NCBI RefSeq assembly: GCF_036588685.1
Contig: NC_086383.1
Location: forward strand, 9,982,001-10,046,000
Length of the DNA: 64,000 nt
Source: Mytilus trossulus
Taxonomy: Eukaryota
Reading direction: 5' to 3'
Shown here: one piece after another, positions 35,040 to 48,405 of the stretch
How the letters are laid out: each line of letters starts with the position of its first letter
Numbering within the stretch: position 1 is the first letter of the stretch
The notes under the pieces: model-generated
Told to the model about the DNA's origin: nothing
What the model saw: only the letters and a program-made list of their open reading frames with translations
Databases searched by the model: none
Made by a program: the position numbers and the translations under genes

Positions 35040-37690
35040 TAGTTTAGTTTAAACATATTTTATTTACTCAAAGTAATAAGGATTGGACACAAGTAAGCCA
35101 TACTTATGAAGTCATCTCCGAATGACAATAATTTACAATACAATATTAATATGAGCATGCAATATCAAAATAAACAATGATTTATGAGTCTATCAAATGA
35201 GAAAAAAAAAGAAACAGAAATACATGTAAACATTGAAAACGATGATGATGATGATAATGATGACGTGGATGTACCGTAAATACATTTTTCCACATAACAA
35301 AAAATCCCTCAGACCTTTTGATAAATTCGAATACGTGTTTGAATATTTTCACGTTTTGTTCATATGAGAGATTCGGATTACCAGATGTAAGTAACTTAAC
35401 ATTCAGTATAAGGTCATCAGGAAGCCATCTTAGATTGTTCATCAGAATTTCTCTCTGCTGTGTATATGAAGAACAGTCGAAAAGGAAATGGTGAACAGTC
35501 TCAATGTTACACTCACAAAAAGCAAGATAGCTCAGCAAATTGACTCTAAAAAGTCATAGTTAAAAAATATGAGTAGCATCTGAATTGTGTTAGAATCATA
35601 TTTAGTTTCCTCGGTCCATACATATACTGCTTAGTTACATCTTAATTGTTGTATTTAACCTTTTTAATTGAATTTTCAACTTTGATATAGAGTCTGATTT
35701 TCGAAGGGACAAATCGATATGATACCATAGGTTAATAGTTGATGGTATAAAAGATTCTTTAGTAAAAGATAATCTACTAAAAGGAACAATGATGTCATTG
35801 CCATTTCTAAAGGGATATGCAGTTGTGCTCTGTACACTAGGTGGAACAAGTTTGCATAGATAATTCGGAGCTTGGTTATGTTTAATGTTATAAAGCATTT
35901 GTAATTCTCGTCTTTTCCTCCTGTACTAAAGTTTCCAACCCAATATTCTCATACAGAATTTCCGATTTTGTAAATATAGGCAGACCAGTAACTATTCTAG
36001 CAGCTTCTAGCTGCATACTTTCAAGTTTATAAACATATCCTATCCCGCAATTATCCCAAACTTCAGATGCATATTCAAAAATTGTTCTTAAAAATACTAA
36101 ATAGAGTTTTTCTAAGTTTTTCCTACAAAGCTGATACTTGATTTTTCTCTGGATATTTAAATGTTTCGTAACACTGATAAACAGGTTGTCTATATGACTG
36201 ATCCACCGAGCATCAGAGCAAAACGTTACCTCAAGGTGTTCGTGTTATTTTGTGATAGGGATTTCTTTATCGTTTAAGCAGAATTTTAGAACGGGTGCAT
36301 CTTTATTTGAAAAAATCATTTTTTTCTGTGTTCGTGACCATTCGTTTAGCTCTTCGAGGTCACGATTAATAATAGTTTTTTTTGTTCTTGGTCGTTCCCC
36401 GAGTAATTAAAAGAAGTGTCATCCACATAGTGTCTAGTTAGATATGTAAGTTTCTATGCTATGTCATTTATATATATTATGAAAAATAAGGGACCAAGTA
36501 CTGAGCCTTGAGGTACTCCAGCTGAAAGACTGCAAAATGAGAATGATGATGTATTGATCACAACTTTTTGTTGCCTATCACAAAGATAACTTTCAAACCA
36601 GTTAAGTAAATTACCATGTATTCCGTAAGCTTTCATTTTAGGCAAGAGTCCTCAATGTCAAACCTTGTCAAAAGCTCACAAAAGACTAAACAATTTATTT
36701 CCTTCTTTTCTAGTGGCTTATGTACAGTTGATTTTTTTGACAAAAATCCAGACTGATATTCATAAATTAGTTTATGCATATGTAAATGATTATATACATG
36801 TTTAAAGACAATTCGTTCCACGATTTTACCTACACAGCTTATTAACGAAATTGGTCTATAGTTTGAAGGTAATGACGAATCACCCTTTATAAAAATAGCA
36901 ATAACATTTGCAATCTTCCAGCTGAAAGGATACTTTCATTGTTGAAGAGATTTATTTAATATTATTTGTCAAGGTACCGCCACTTTCTTAGGGCAAATTT
37001 TCAGCATTCTATGACTAATCAAATCTGGTCCTGATGCCTTATTTGGATTAATAGTTTTGATTATATCAATTATTTCATTTTGACTTACAATGTACATGTA
37101 TGTATCTATCTTGAATATAATTATTAGTTTTTCTTCAAACTCTGGAATAGGAGCATTTTTTTCCTCGAGTTTGGATATCAAACCAAAGTATTTGTTCAAC
37201 AAATCGCACTTCTCGCTATCCTCGTAAACTATGTCACTGAAATTCTCATCTTTTATTATGTTTTGTAGAGGAGGAATACTATCAGAACTGTTATTCTACT
37301 TTATCAGCATTTTCATTATTATCCAAAATTTTTTTGAATTTGGGGCATTACTCAATAGGATATTATCTAAATTAGTTTCAAATCTTTCCTTAGCAAGTTT
37401 TTTTAAATTGTTAACTCTCTTTCTCTGTTTCTTGTACTTCGCAATATCCGATTTGTTTTTTGATTTCAGGGCATATTTTCTAAAACGGTCTCGTTTTCGA
37501 ATTTCTCTTTTTAATTCACCATTAAACCATGGTTTATTAGAGCTACGTATAGTAACTAATTTAGTGGGAATGCACTCCCTCGCGATATTAAAGAATGTTT
37601 CAGTAAATATTCTAGATACTTCATCCACGTCTTTATTATCAGGAAGCATTGCATTCCAGTCAACGTCGTCCATTTTTTCAGATAATTTAA
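35040..37690 (-). mobile_element. 5'-truncated, frameshifted CR1/L2-type LINE (reverse transcriptase)
   Basis: Fragments KPWFNGELKREIRKRDR, KASGPDLISHRMLK, YRPISL, GVPQGSVLGPLFFIIYINDI and C-x-C..ETVHHFLFDC. The 3' end is aataaaatatgtttaaactaaactaa. Confidence 0.92.
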
Positions 37691-38258
37691 CTTATTATTG
37701 AAGACATGAAGGACGTAATTGTTTTTTTAAATGTTGTAAAATGTTTAACACGTTTGGAAAGAGTATTTGAATTTTCGTCATTGTTCATTCATCAATTTAG
37801 TATTTGAAATGTCTCATATGAACACTGATATGTTCCTATTATCATACAGAGGAAGCAAGTAAAATCACTAAAAACACAGAACTCCGACAAAAATTCAAAA
37901 CGGAAAGTCCATAAACAAAGGTCAAAATCAGAAGCTCAAACACATCGTTTAATGTTAAAAAAAACCAAGTATTATAGTGATACAATTGTTAAGTGATATC
38001 CGTTGTGGCTCTTGACTAAACTATTGTGTCATTGTCTTTTAAAAATAAATTTCTTTGTTTAATTGGTAGGTATAAGACGTGAATTTATATAACCATGTGA
38101 TAATGTTAAACGTGCATAAATAAATTAGAGTTCAACAATCAATATGGTTAGAGAAAAACAAAAAATGAAATAACTAACATGTCTGTCATTAAATTATGAT
38201 GCATCTGAATATTATATGTAACCAAACAAATTAAACATCTTTCACCTTTTTTTAAGAA

Positions 38259-38479
38259 TACCGTATAGCGGAATATTTTCGCGGGTGTAAAATTTCACGA
38301 TTTTAATTGACCACGGTATACGAAATATTTTGGCGGTTATTATTTCGGCGGATTAAAATCTTTTATTAATACCTTTGTATAAACACCTTTAATTTGGCGG
38401 AAATTATTTTGGCGATTTTGTTCTATCCGCGAAAATAAGCGAAAATTTGCACCCAGCGAAAATAACCCGCTATACAGTA
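38259..38479. mobile_element. MITE (TA-flanked, Tc1/pogo-like termini)
   Basis: Inverted termini taccgtatagcgg..ttttcgcgggtgtaaaattt and aaatttgcacccagcgaaaataacccgctatacagta, with internal ttggcgg repeats. Confidence 0.8.
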
Positions 38480-38961
38480 TATAATATATATGTTACCGGA
38501 ATGTCTAGCCAAGAATAAAGTCTATGGTACTATATTTAACTATAGCAACAAATCAGATATTTTGAAATACAGATCAATATCAATAACAAAAAGCCATCGA
38601 ACACTTAAGCACTCTTTTCCATACTGATCACCACCGACTGGAGTATCAAATTAACATAGTATGTACAACGTACCAGTGTACTGCGGTTTTTTAACAAAAC
38701 AAAATAAGATGTACACAAATAGATATTTATGAAAAAAAGGATTCCTTTTAATTTAAATTAGCCGTTTATTGTTTTATATTACCTCACTCGTAAGCATATA
38801 TATAAATAAATTTAAATAATGGATCTGAATTCAAAGGTATTATTCAAACTGCGATTTAACTTTGCTTGTTTGCCAAATCTTTTATCATTAAAGGTCATCA
38901 GTAAGATTAAAGTATAAATTTTAAATGGATCGAATCGTTTTGCTGCATGGTTTGACAATTT

Positions 38962-39430
38962 ATATGGGGACGAAGTCCCCAATAACAGTAGAAAATTCAA
39001 TAAAAAAAAACGGAAAATTTCCCGAATTTTTCATTGTACTCATGAACTCAAAATCATTCAATTTTTTTTTTATGTCATGTTTTGAAATCCCGGACCTGCG
39101 CAGAAATCTACAATGTACTTCCCTTTTCCGGTTTTGTTTGTATGAATCTTTCAGTAAAATATATATATATTTACCAGTCTATTATAAATAGGAACGAACG
39201 CAATATCAATTTCATTTTTATATGAAAAAACGTTACCTAATGAAAGCGTTTCTTTGTTTACATTTCATATGACGTCATAACTTACGCACAACTAAACTCC
39301 CTAACAACAGAACCAATATCGGAAAAGTTACGGTTTATTTCCGTTTCTTTTTTTAACAAATATTTAAGTTACAGAAAAATAATTCATACAGACTTCGTCC
39401 CCATTTACAGGTAATGCCTGCCTCATATTA
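38962..39430. mobile_element. Dispersed repeat; host family of the 6837-8082 insertion
   Basis: 39230-39430 matches 8083-8285. It has a subterminal inverted tggggacgaagtc / gacttcgtcccca pair. Confidence 0.65.
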
Positions 39431-39946
39431 ATAGACACAAAATGATGAAATATTTGATAACAATTTCAGTATACATGGCATGTGTACGATTCAGAATATA
39501 ACCGCGTTAGGTCCAATACATTTAATATACTACACTTGGTCCGAGTAGAATTTTTTTTAACAAACTGGATCTATCGTACTCGTGTTATGTCAGTGATATT
39601 TAAGGGAATTTCAACTTTGGTGTTAGTTAAATAACCTATGTATTTTAATTCGTATATACATTTTTGTATACATAATACCAAATAGAGATAATGATATGTT
39701 CTTAAAACTTATATTAGAGAGATTCGAGAGACTTGCCAGTACCATTTTAAGTAAGGAAACATTGCAAAACAGATCTATATATTTTATATTCATAATTTGA
39801 TATTTCTGGAAAGTATAAAGTGTTGAAGTCAAGTAGTGTTAGGAACATGCTGAATATTCCGGAAATGTTGTATTCAGAGATTGCGGAATAAATGATTCTT
39901 ATTCTTTATTGATAGTTTATAATAAATTTTTCAGATATTTGCTAGT

Positions 39947-39998
39947 ATGCAGTATTTGATACCGATACTGGTTCTATTCAACTGTCTTATTATACAAG
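39947..39998 (+). CDS. Receptor gene B: signal peptide exon
   Basis: Encodes MQYLIPILVLFNCLIIQG with donor |gtaatt, phase 1, preceded by a ttttcag acceptor. Joins in frame to the Ig exon at 41573. Confidence 0.65.
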
Positions 39999-41572
39999 GT
40001 AATTAAATTGTTACTGTATATTGTGAAAAAGGTAAACTAAGCTTTAAAAACCAGTTGTAGAACAAATTAACTAATAGAGAAACAAAATTTACTCTTAAAT
40101 AATCATTTTTTTCTGTGTTTTGTCTCAACTGGTCTTGGCTCCTTCTCTATGATATGCATGTTAATCTATCTAACAGTGTGTTGTGATGTTTCAAAATGTT
40201 GTTGATGATAAAAGCAGTGAGTATAACAGCCTTACTATCTGCCTTTTAGTTTCTTGTTGGTCAGTAGCTAATTAAAGTCATATGTGACATACAAGTGTAC
40301 ATGGTCAATATTCTATTCAATGTTGCATGTCAATATTTTGTCAAAACAACACAAATATATCGCTTAGTCAAGTTTGCTTTACTCTATCGTCTGTGGCTTC
40401 TTTGACCAGTATTTGTATTTGTAGTTAAAGGTAAAAGGTTTAAAGGTTAAAGATAGTGATGCTTCATATCTTGTATACACAATAGATATAAGAAGATGTG
40501 GTTTGAGTGCTAATGAGACAACTCTCCATCCAAATCACAATTTGTTAAAGAAAACCACTATAAGTCAAAGTTCATTGTCTAGGTTTCCATATAGACATAC
40601 AAATATTACCCTTCACTTCAGTTTCAATTGTCGGCTTTTATCTTAAATGAATATGGTTTTGCAACCTGTGATCGTCTCTGGCATTAAGAGTAGTATGACC
40701 ACATAATTATTGCAATGCATACATGTGAGTCAGAAAGAGTTCACTTATCATCGAATTTATTCAGTGGGTCATTGATCAACTCAAAGTTTTCCATTGTAAA
40801 TCCCTTTCTCGGATATTATAAGCAGTAAATCAATTGTATTTGGTGTATGAAATGAAAGTAAGATGTACATACCCTTTTGGAGGATTCACCTTATTGATCC
40901 AATTTCATGGATAAGTTTTCAACGTTAAACTTCGTGGTCAAGAATTTTCAAATATATAATCAGCAATAGGTCAATTTTTATTTAGTTAGTTCAAATGGTC
41001 ATCGATAACATTGCATTTTATGTGTGATCATGCCTATTTATAAGATACTAATAGCAATCCATCAATTCAACTTTATGTATGAAATGATTGTTACTTTTGA
41101 ATTTAAGATATGTCGTTTGAATATGCCGTATTTCAGTAATTTATGTTGGATAACATACCACACACTGATTATCATTAGAAATCTGTACTGTATTATACAT
41201 GTTTGACTATGAAAGAGATTGTATTCCAATATTTTTAGTTCGAGGATAGTTAATGTTTGTATCAATAAAAACCTGTTAACAAAACATACGGAACTTCAAG
41301 ATAAATTTGAAAAAAAGTCTACAAACACTGATTAAATTAAACACTTTAAACAAAGATAACAAGTGTAAAACAACAGTTATATTCCTGGGTTGGTATAGGT
41401 AATTTTAAAAATTAGATTTTTAAACCTGGTTTTATAGCCAGCTGAACATGCCACTTGTATGACAATTGTTTTATAGTTCTTATTACAACAGTTGTTTATT
41501 GCTTAATCCATTATAATGCGATCTTCATTTGATACTTTCATTAAAGGAAGAAATCAACTTAATAAGTTTAAG

Positions 41573-41881
41573 GTATTCGGGACTGGAGAATTGTTGGAAA
41601 GGTAACAGGTTATGGACAAAATGTGACATTATTTTGCAATGTTCCAAATTGCTGTCCCGAAACTTCTGGTTGGTACAAGTGGACATCAAAACATGACAAA
41701 CTGCTGATTGATATCAAATCAGGCTATCTCTCTCACAAGTATGGTGGAAAGGTGTCGAAGGATGGAATTACCTTATTTATTCAGAATCTGACTTCAAATG
41801 ATTTAAATGTTTGGTATTCCTGTATATATGCATCAAGAATAGGTGAAAGAAAATATCTACAGGAAGAAGACGTTTTTGTCT
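41573..41881 (+). CDS. Receptor gene B: N-terminal Ig V-like domain exon
   Basis: Phase 1-1, 309 nt, donor T|gtaagt. Encodes DWRIVGKVTGYGQNVTLFCNVPNCC..GWYKW...ITLFIQNLTSNDLNVWYSC (B-strand C, C-strand W, D-x-x-x-x-Y-x-C). Confidence 0.82.
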
Positions 41882-43535
41882 GTAAGTATAACTTCGTTTG
41901 ATTTTTTGTAATTTCGGGGCCTTATTAAGCTTACTATGCGGTTTTGACTTTTCTCATTGTCAAGGCCATACGGTGTCTTATAGTTGTGTATGTCCGTGTT
42001 ATTTCGTCTTGTGTGGAGAGTTATCTCATTGGCTATCATACCACATCTTCCTTTTTATATCAAAAAAGAAAATTCTGGAAAAATATGTGTAAATTCTTGA
42101 AACCAGAAATAGGAATGAATGATCAACACGTTATAAACCCTATTTGAAACATTTAAAGAAATGCGTCTGTTTTGTTTATGCATCGTTGTTAATATAATTG
42201 AATTTTTAAATGCAACTGTCAAAAAAGTGAGGAGTTTAATGGTATAAAACCAGGGTCAATACATCATTTTCTACAAATAAAAAAAGCTTGTACCTAGTTT
42301 GGAATACGACAGCCGTTGTCCATTCGTTTGAAGTGTTGTACCTTTTGAGTTTGTTATTTGAATAGGGATTTCCGCTTTGAAAATTTCTCTGAGTTCAGTA
42401 TTTTTGTGATATTTTTAATAATTCGATGTGAATCATATTTGAAATAGTATTATTTTCAATGTTTTCATGTTCTGAATGTAATTGTACATAAAAGTGTATC
42501 TGATAATATTTATGATAATAAGACATTATAAAACGGATATATATTTTATACATGGATAATTATTTCTTTGATAGAATAACGATAATACCTAATGTTCATT
42601 ATAATATTATGAAAAAACAAAATATATCAGGAATGAATAAAATTATCCCTATTATTACACGTATAACGAAAAAAATTGAAAACACTTAAACAATATTTTT
42701 TAATTATTATACTTTATGTTTTAAAAAAACTTGATCTGTAATCTTTTATTCAATCTGTGCCAACATTATTCATACAATTGATACCTAAATTATACTATGT
42801 TGGTATAGCTTGAATTAGTATACTCATTAAATTATCAACGGAGTAGTAAATAAGATCATGTGTAAACGATGATTGATTAAGATTCAACTGTTGACAATCT
42901 ATGATCTTGTAAAACTAGGACTTGATAATTTAGCTCTTTAAATATTAATTAATGATTTATTTTTATTCGATCAATGACTGGATAATAATCATTTTCAATA
43001 GAAATAGCTAGTTATTTAAAAAAAATGTGTGATTGTAAGACCTTTATCAGTCATTTACTTGATTTATGCATTTCATTGTTTAATTATTTGTTTGTCTTTT
43101 TAATGAACAAACAAATTTCCATTGGATGGAAAAATATTTTGACAAAAAATTGATTTCTTTTATTTTAAGACAATATACATTAAAACGAATGTATTTTAAA
43201 GTAAATGTAAAGTGTTGATAGATTAGGCCTCCAGAATACAGTTATTTTTCTGCATTCCCACACATTATTAATTTTCATTTGTGGATTACCTGCTGTTAAA
43301 TTTAGGCACAATTTAATTGTTTCATCCATGTGAAATATTCAAACACAATCATTTTACCTACCATTCCCAAATTTATTTAAATCAAAAGGTAGATAGCAAT
43401 TATATTTTATGAGGCGTTGTTTTGATAAGTTTTGATAGAATTTTAATACCAAAAGGATAATTTCAAATGACACTGATACTCCACTATTTTTCGTAAATAA
43501 ACTCATCAAAGATACCAGGACTACACTTTGTATAT

Positions 43536-43579
43536 ACACCAGACGCGCGTTTCGTCTACAAAAGACTCATCAGTAACGC
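43536..43579 (-). ncRNA. Minimal type I hammerhead ribozyme within a retrozyme fragment (about 43495-43720)
   Basis: Reverse complement reads gcgtta-CTGATGA-gtc(ttttgta)gac-GAAA-cgcgc-GTC-tggtgt. Stem I is weak and GU-rich. Confidence 0.75.
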
Positions 43580-43744
43580 TCTAATCCAAAAAAAGTAAAA
43601 AGGTCAAATAAAGTACGAAGTTGAAGAGCATTCAGGACCCAAATTCTTTAAAGTTTTGCCAAATACAGCTAAGGTAATCTTTGCCTGAGGTAGAAAAGCC
43701 TTAGTATTTGAAAAATTAAAATTAAACAAAATTATCTTATGTAG

Positions 43745-43981
43745 TCGATCCTAACACAACAAAAGAATCAACAGCAAAGAATAAGACAGCATGTCAACAG
43801 TTACGATTGTCAGCGATAGATTTCTCTTCTCATGTTCCCGAATGTACCCCAACTGGTGAATATAAAACACGACAATGTGAAGGAAGGAGGAGGTATAAAA
43901 CCTGTTGGTGTGTTGATTCAAACGGAAGACAAATACTTGGATCACAAATGACGGAACCTGAAGTTCCGGATTGTGATGGAG
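43745..43981 (+). CDS. Receptor gene B: thyroglobulin type-1 exon
   Basis: atgtag| acceptor and G|gtagag donor, 237 nt. Encodes TACQQLR..HVPECTPTGEYKTRQCEGRRRYKTCWCVDSNGRQI..PDCDG. Confidence 0.85.
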
Positions 43982-44663
43982 GTAGAGAATCTCCCCCTTT
44001 TTGTATCATTTGAATTATTCGCTATGTACACTCCTAATATGTTTGGGACATATATTATACATACATACATACTTTACTAATTAACTTTAAGGTGTACTTG
44101 CATACAACGTATTCTTATTTTTATGATCTATTTTTTTGCATATAAGTTTTCAGGTAAAACCAATATTATCGCGAAAAACAAAGTTTTTGTACACTGAAAC
44201 AGTAACTGACATTAAATGCACTTGTATCCTAATGTTGAAAAAGTTACTTCTAAATTATAGTGTAGATAATTTCGCTAAATCAATAAGAGGAAACCCCATA
44301 CTATCGCACAAACAAATCTATTTTATATACACTGAAAAAAATTAACTGCATTAAATGCATATGTATACTTATTAATATTCAAAAAATAAACTGCCATTGT
44401 AGTGTAGTTAATATGTTGTCTGTGTTATTCCTTTCGACTTAATAAAAATCTAACTTTGACGTAGAATACCGGAATATGTCGAGGTTTGCCGATTGATTTA
44501 ATTGTATTGTGTTGAAAAATAACGTACTTTTTATGTCAATAATATACTTTCGCAAAATATCGACGACTAAATGTACGATAATGTATGTAAATACTAAGCC
44601 ACTAATATCATTAAAATGAATATTTGACTTTTCAATATTTTAACGAGTTTTGTATTTTCTCAG

Positions 44664-44975
44664 GTTTTCCATCATGGAGTCTTACACCAAATGCATTTTT
44701 TTTCGGTAAAATGTTTGATTTGACCTGTTCAATGTCTGCCACAGGGAGGAAAGGTAACATTCAATCAAAACAAGATGGTAGTATTAACATTAATGTTTTA
44801 GACGGTGAACCTGTAAACGATATAAACCAATTAGGAAAGCGGCGTACGTTTAAGCGAATGAATATAGTAACCACTTCCGTTTATGATAACGATGGAGTCA
44901 ACGTCGGGTATGAGTGTGGCCATGGTAACACAATATATGGACATGTACTGAATATGTCAATTGAACCATATGAGT
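44664..44975 (+). CDS. Receptor gene B: Ig-like domain exon
   Basis: tctcag| acceptor and T|gtaagt donor, 312 nt open. Paralog of the exons at 2086 and 9332. Confidence 0.82.
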
Positions 44976-45661
44976 GTAAGTTACAATATATAACAGTATC
45001 AGCTATAATTTTAGTTTTTCTTAAGCTTCGTTAAATGATAAAATTCATTAAATTCAAACAATAGAAAATAAATACAAAATTACGTGTGATTGTGTTCTTT
45101 TATCTGTTTTGGTAAAATATTATTTTACTGCTTAGCATAATTTTGCCGATCAATTTGACGTGGGTCGATACTTGTATATCCCATCATTGTGTGTTGGTGC
45201 TAGGGTAATTTTTGTAGACTTTCGTTTTTCTCTAATGTCTATGTAATTTTTTTGTTTAGCTTTGTTGACATATTTGCTTGTTTTTATAGTGATACAGATT
45301 ATAGCACAATGTTGACTGCTTTAACCCATTTTTGACATTTAATCTTTGTTTTTCTGTTTGTTTTGTTACATATCGTTGTAAAGATAATGGAATTTTCTTC
45401 GAATGTCATGCAAGTCAATGTTTTTTTTAGCCAGATTTTATCTGCCTTTTTCTACATAAGATAATAACTGTTCCCTGTCAAGAATATGCCATTCGTTATT
45501 CGTTTATTGTATTTGTTTGAGCTTTCGATTTTTCCATTCGCTTAGGAACATCCGTTTAGAATATCTGATTAGTATTTTAATATTTGACGTTTTAGTGACA
45601 TGATATAATTTTCGTTTTGTTTGCTCATTTATAGTTAAACATATATCTGCATTTCTTTCAG

Positions 45662-45771
45662 ATATCAACAATGCCAATAATATCCGACAGTTAATCAACC
45701 ATGAAGAAGATCTGTTTTCGATTACGTTTAGAAATTATACACAGATTCCACAGTGTTCAGTGGTTTATGGG
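45662..45771 (+). CDS. Receptor gene B: second domain, first half
   Basis: ctttcag| acceptor and GGG|gtaaag donor. Encodes INNANNIRQLINHEEDLFSITFRNYTQIPQCSVVYG. Confidence 0.78.
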
Positions 45772-47122
45772 GTAAAGATTTAATGTTTTTTTTTAATTTG
45801 TATTATATTAAAAAAGGGACGAAAGATACCAGCGGGACGAAAGATACCAGAGCGACAGTCAAGTCTCATCAATCGAAAAAAAATTTTGACAACGCCATGG
45901 CTAAAAATGAAAAAGATGAACAAACAAACAATAGTTCACATGACACAACATAGAAACTAAAAGAATAAGCAACACGAACCCACCAAAAACTGGGGTGATC
46001 TCCGGTGCTCCGGAAGGGTAAGCAGATCCTACTCCAAATGTTTTTTTTTGTGCAAACAGATAACAATAGCTTTAAACTCTTTTTGTTTTAACGAAACATA
46101 TTTAGAAAAATTTCGCTAAGGAGGTATTGGAGTACTAGTATACACTTATATTGCATACAATTTTCATACTTTTTCAAAATGATGTATGTATTGAGATATT
46201 TTGATAATGATACCATTCTGTATAGCTACACGTATATGAACCAAGAACACATTTTATAAGGGTTAAAAAAATGAAACCAAGAAAAAATAATCCATTTCAG
46301 AAAAACTCAAAATTGTTAGTAGTTGATTGCACTCCTCTATAATCAAAATTGATTGATTAATTGAAATAAAATGCCTATTGTGATCTGCTATAAAACTCTA
46401 ATTATACATTTAGTTACATTAATGATAAATAAGAGAAAAACATCAACTCAACGTCACCAACAAAAACAAGATACGCACTTGAACTCTATTCATATGCCGA
46501 TACAATCATTTCTAAGAAACGCTCTAAAAATTGCTCTAAGTGTATAAAAACAAACAGTTAAACAGCAACCTTGGGAGATTCCTAATCAACGAGCAATATC
46601 AAATGCCTCTAGTAACAAATGACAAACGACGCCAATGAACAAGGTTTATGAGAGAGCACGTGATTATACCACTGCCGAAGGCAAAATGAATGTTTCCAAT
46701 GAATTAACATGCACTGTTCTTGTTTGTTTGAAATTGGGTTTTGTCGTCAAACCTTTCTATGAACCGATGAATTGTTATCAGAAAAAAACATCTTATGTCT
46801 ACCAAATTCCTGACTTGGTACAGGACATTTAAAGAGGAATGTTTGATTCAACCTGGTGTAATGGCGTGCCCAATCTCCCGGGTATATGACCATGTTTGGA
46901 ATGTTAACATGGCAACATAACGTAACAAAAATTCAGTTCAAATAAATACAAGTGTACGATTTTGGTCAATCCATTCTTTTATATATTTTGTAATAAAAAA
47001 GCCAAGAGCTTGATACGTAGGAAACATTCAAAACTCATGATTCGAACAGAACCTAAACGCCAATATGTCTGTGTAAAGGTAAATCAGCTGATATATTTTA
47101 TACATTATCTTAACTTTTTCAG

Positions 47123-47318
47123 CAAGAAGACTATTCAACTGAACTTCAATCAACATCAGGAAGTCAAACTTACAGAATATATCTTCCAGGAGCAGCCATC
47201 AAATTAAAGTGTCTGCAGACACTGATAATTACGTGTAATATAGTATAAAGAAGAATAGTCAACACCCTGAAACCAGATAATGCGGATTGTCTGCATACCA
47301 TATTAAAACAAACGCAAG
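47123..47318 (+). pseudogene. Receptor gene B: penultimate exon carrying an in-frame premature stop (TAA at 47246-47248)
   Basis: Splice sites are intact. It reads ..TCNIV*RRIV where the paralogs read TCNIGERS and TCDIGERR. Confidence 0.75.
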
Positions 47319-48241
47319 GTAAGACATGCACATTTTATGTACAAAAAACAAACAACAACAAAAACAATGAATATTATAACATAAAGCCGAATAAAATAGT
47401 AAACACAAGTTTATAATTGGTAAGTAAATAGTACGTCAAACATTGCGCAAAATTACCTTTTCAGTGTTTTCCAATATATATCAATAGTATACCTCAATTA
47501 TTATATTCTATATAAAAGTACATAATATTTTGACTATTTTTTTAATTGCAAGCGTTGCACTGTTTGACCGGAAAATTATTTCCAAACTATTTGACCGCAA
47601 GCGTCATTTTATTTCACCGAATTTAAAAAAGCAGCTACCGGATTTGAGGATATTGAAAAAAAAAAATACGATAGTTACGACGTCACTTTTAACCTATAGT
47701 ATCTAGCGTTGACGTCAGTGTACGCCGTAGCCTAAACATTTCAGAATATTTATGAAGAAAAAGTTCAACAATAAGGTTTTTTCTGTGTTGATTTGAACAA
47801 CCTTTGATGCAGTAATACTTTTGTTTTTATATTATGTTAATTGATAGTTGACAAATATATGTGGCCTTCATGTTTTATCCTCACTATTCTCAAAGAAGGT
47901 GTTGCAGAAGAAATATATGTTCGTAGGAAAATAATGCGCTTGCAATTTATGTATCATATCGTATATACCAGTTTACTGCTGAGTATGATTAAATTTAAAT
48001 CATATTTAATGCATGTCTTTCAGTGATCTAATAACGCCTTTTTCTATGCTCTGTTTAAAAATATATGGTCTTCTGGTTTCATATAGTTATAAACACTTTA
48101 TAAAGGTTGACGTTTCAATTGCCAGAACATAGTGCTGTTATAGCATTGCAACTCTTACATGAACTTAAAGAATGAATGTTGATAAATATCACTAACACAT
48201 GTACATTGTACAATACACTCATAAACTATAATTATGTTTAG

Positions 48242-48405
48242 GACTCCAGGAACAAGACAAGGATCAGACTATTGGAATTGTTGGACTTGTGATATTCATG
48301 ATAGTCTTTGTAGCCGTTGTTGGCAGCTGTATTGTTTGTATCATCATCATGGAATGTAAACGAACTTTTAAGAGATATGCACAGTTATCTTCTCGACAGA
48401 TTTAG
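48242..48405 (+). CDS. Receptor gene B: terminal transmembrane exon with YxxL tail (downstream of the premature stop)
   Basis: Encodes GLQEQDKDQTIGIVGLVIFMIVFVAVVGSCIVCIIIMECKRTFKRYAQLSSRQI*. Paralog of the exon at 13662. Confidence 0.72.

Noticed and set aside
37231-37701. 156-aa plus-strand ORF
   Set aside because: Antisense shadow of the LINE ORF2.
39600-39870. kappaB-like gggaatttca and STAT-like ttccggaa upstream of gene B
   Set aside because: Imperfect short motifs expected by chance; the TSS is unknown.
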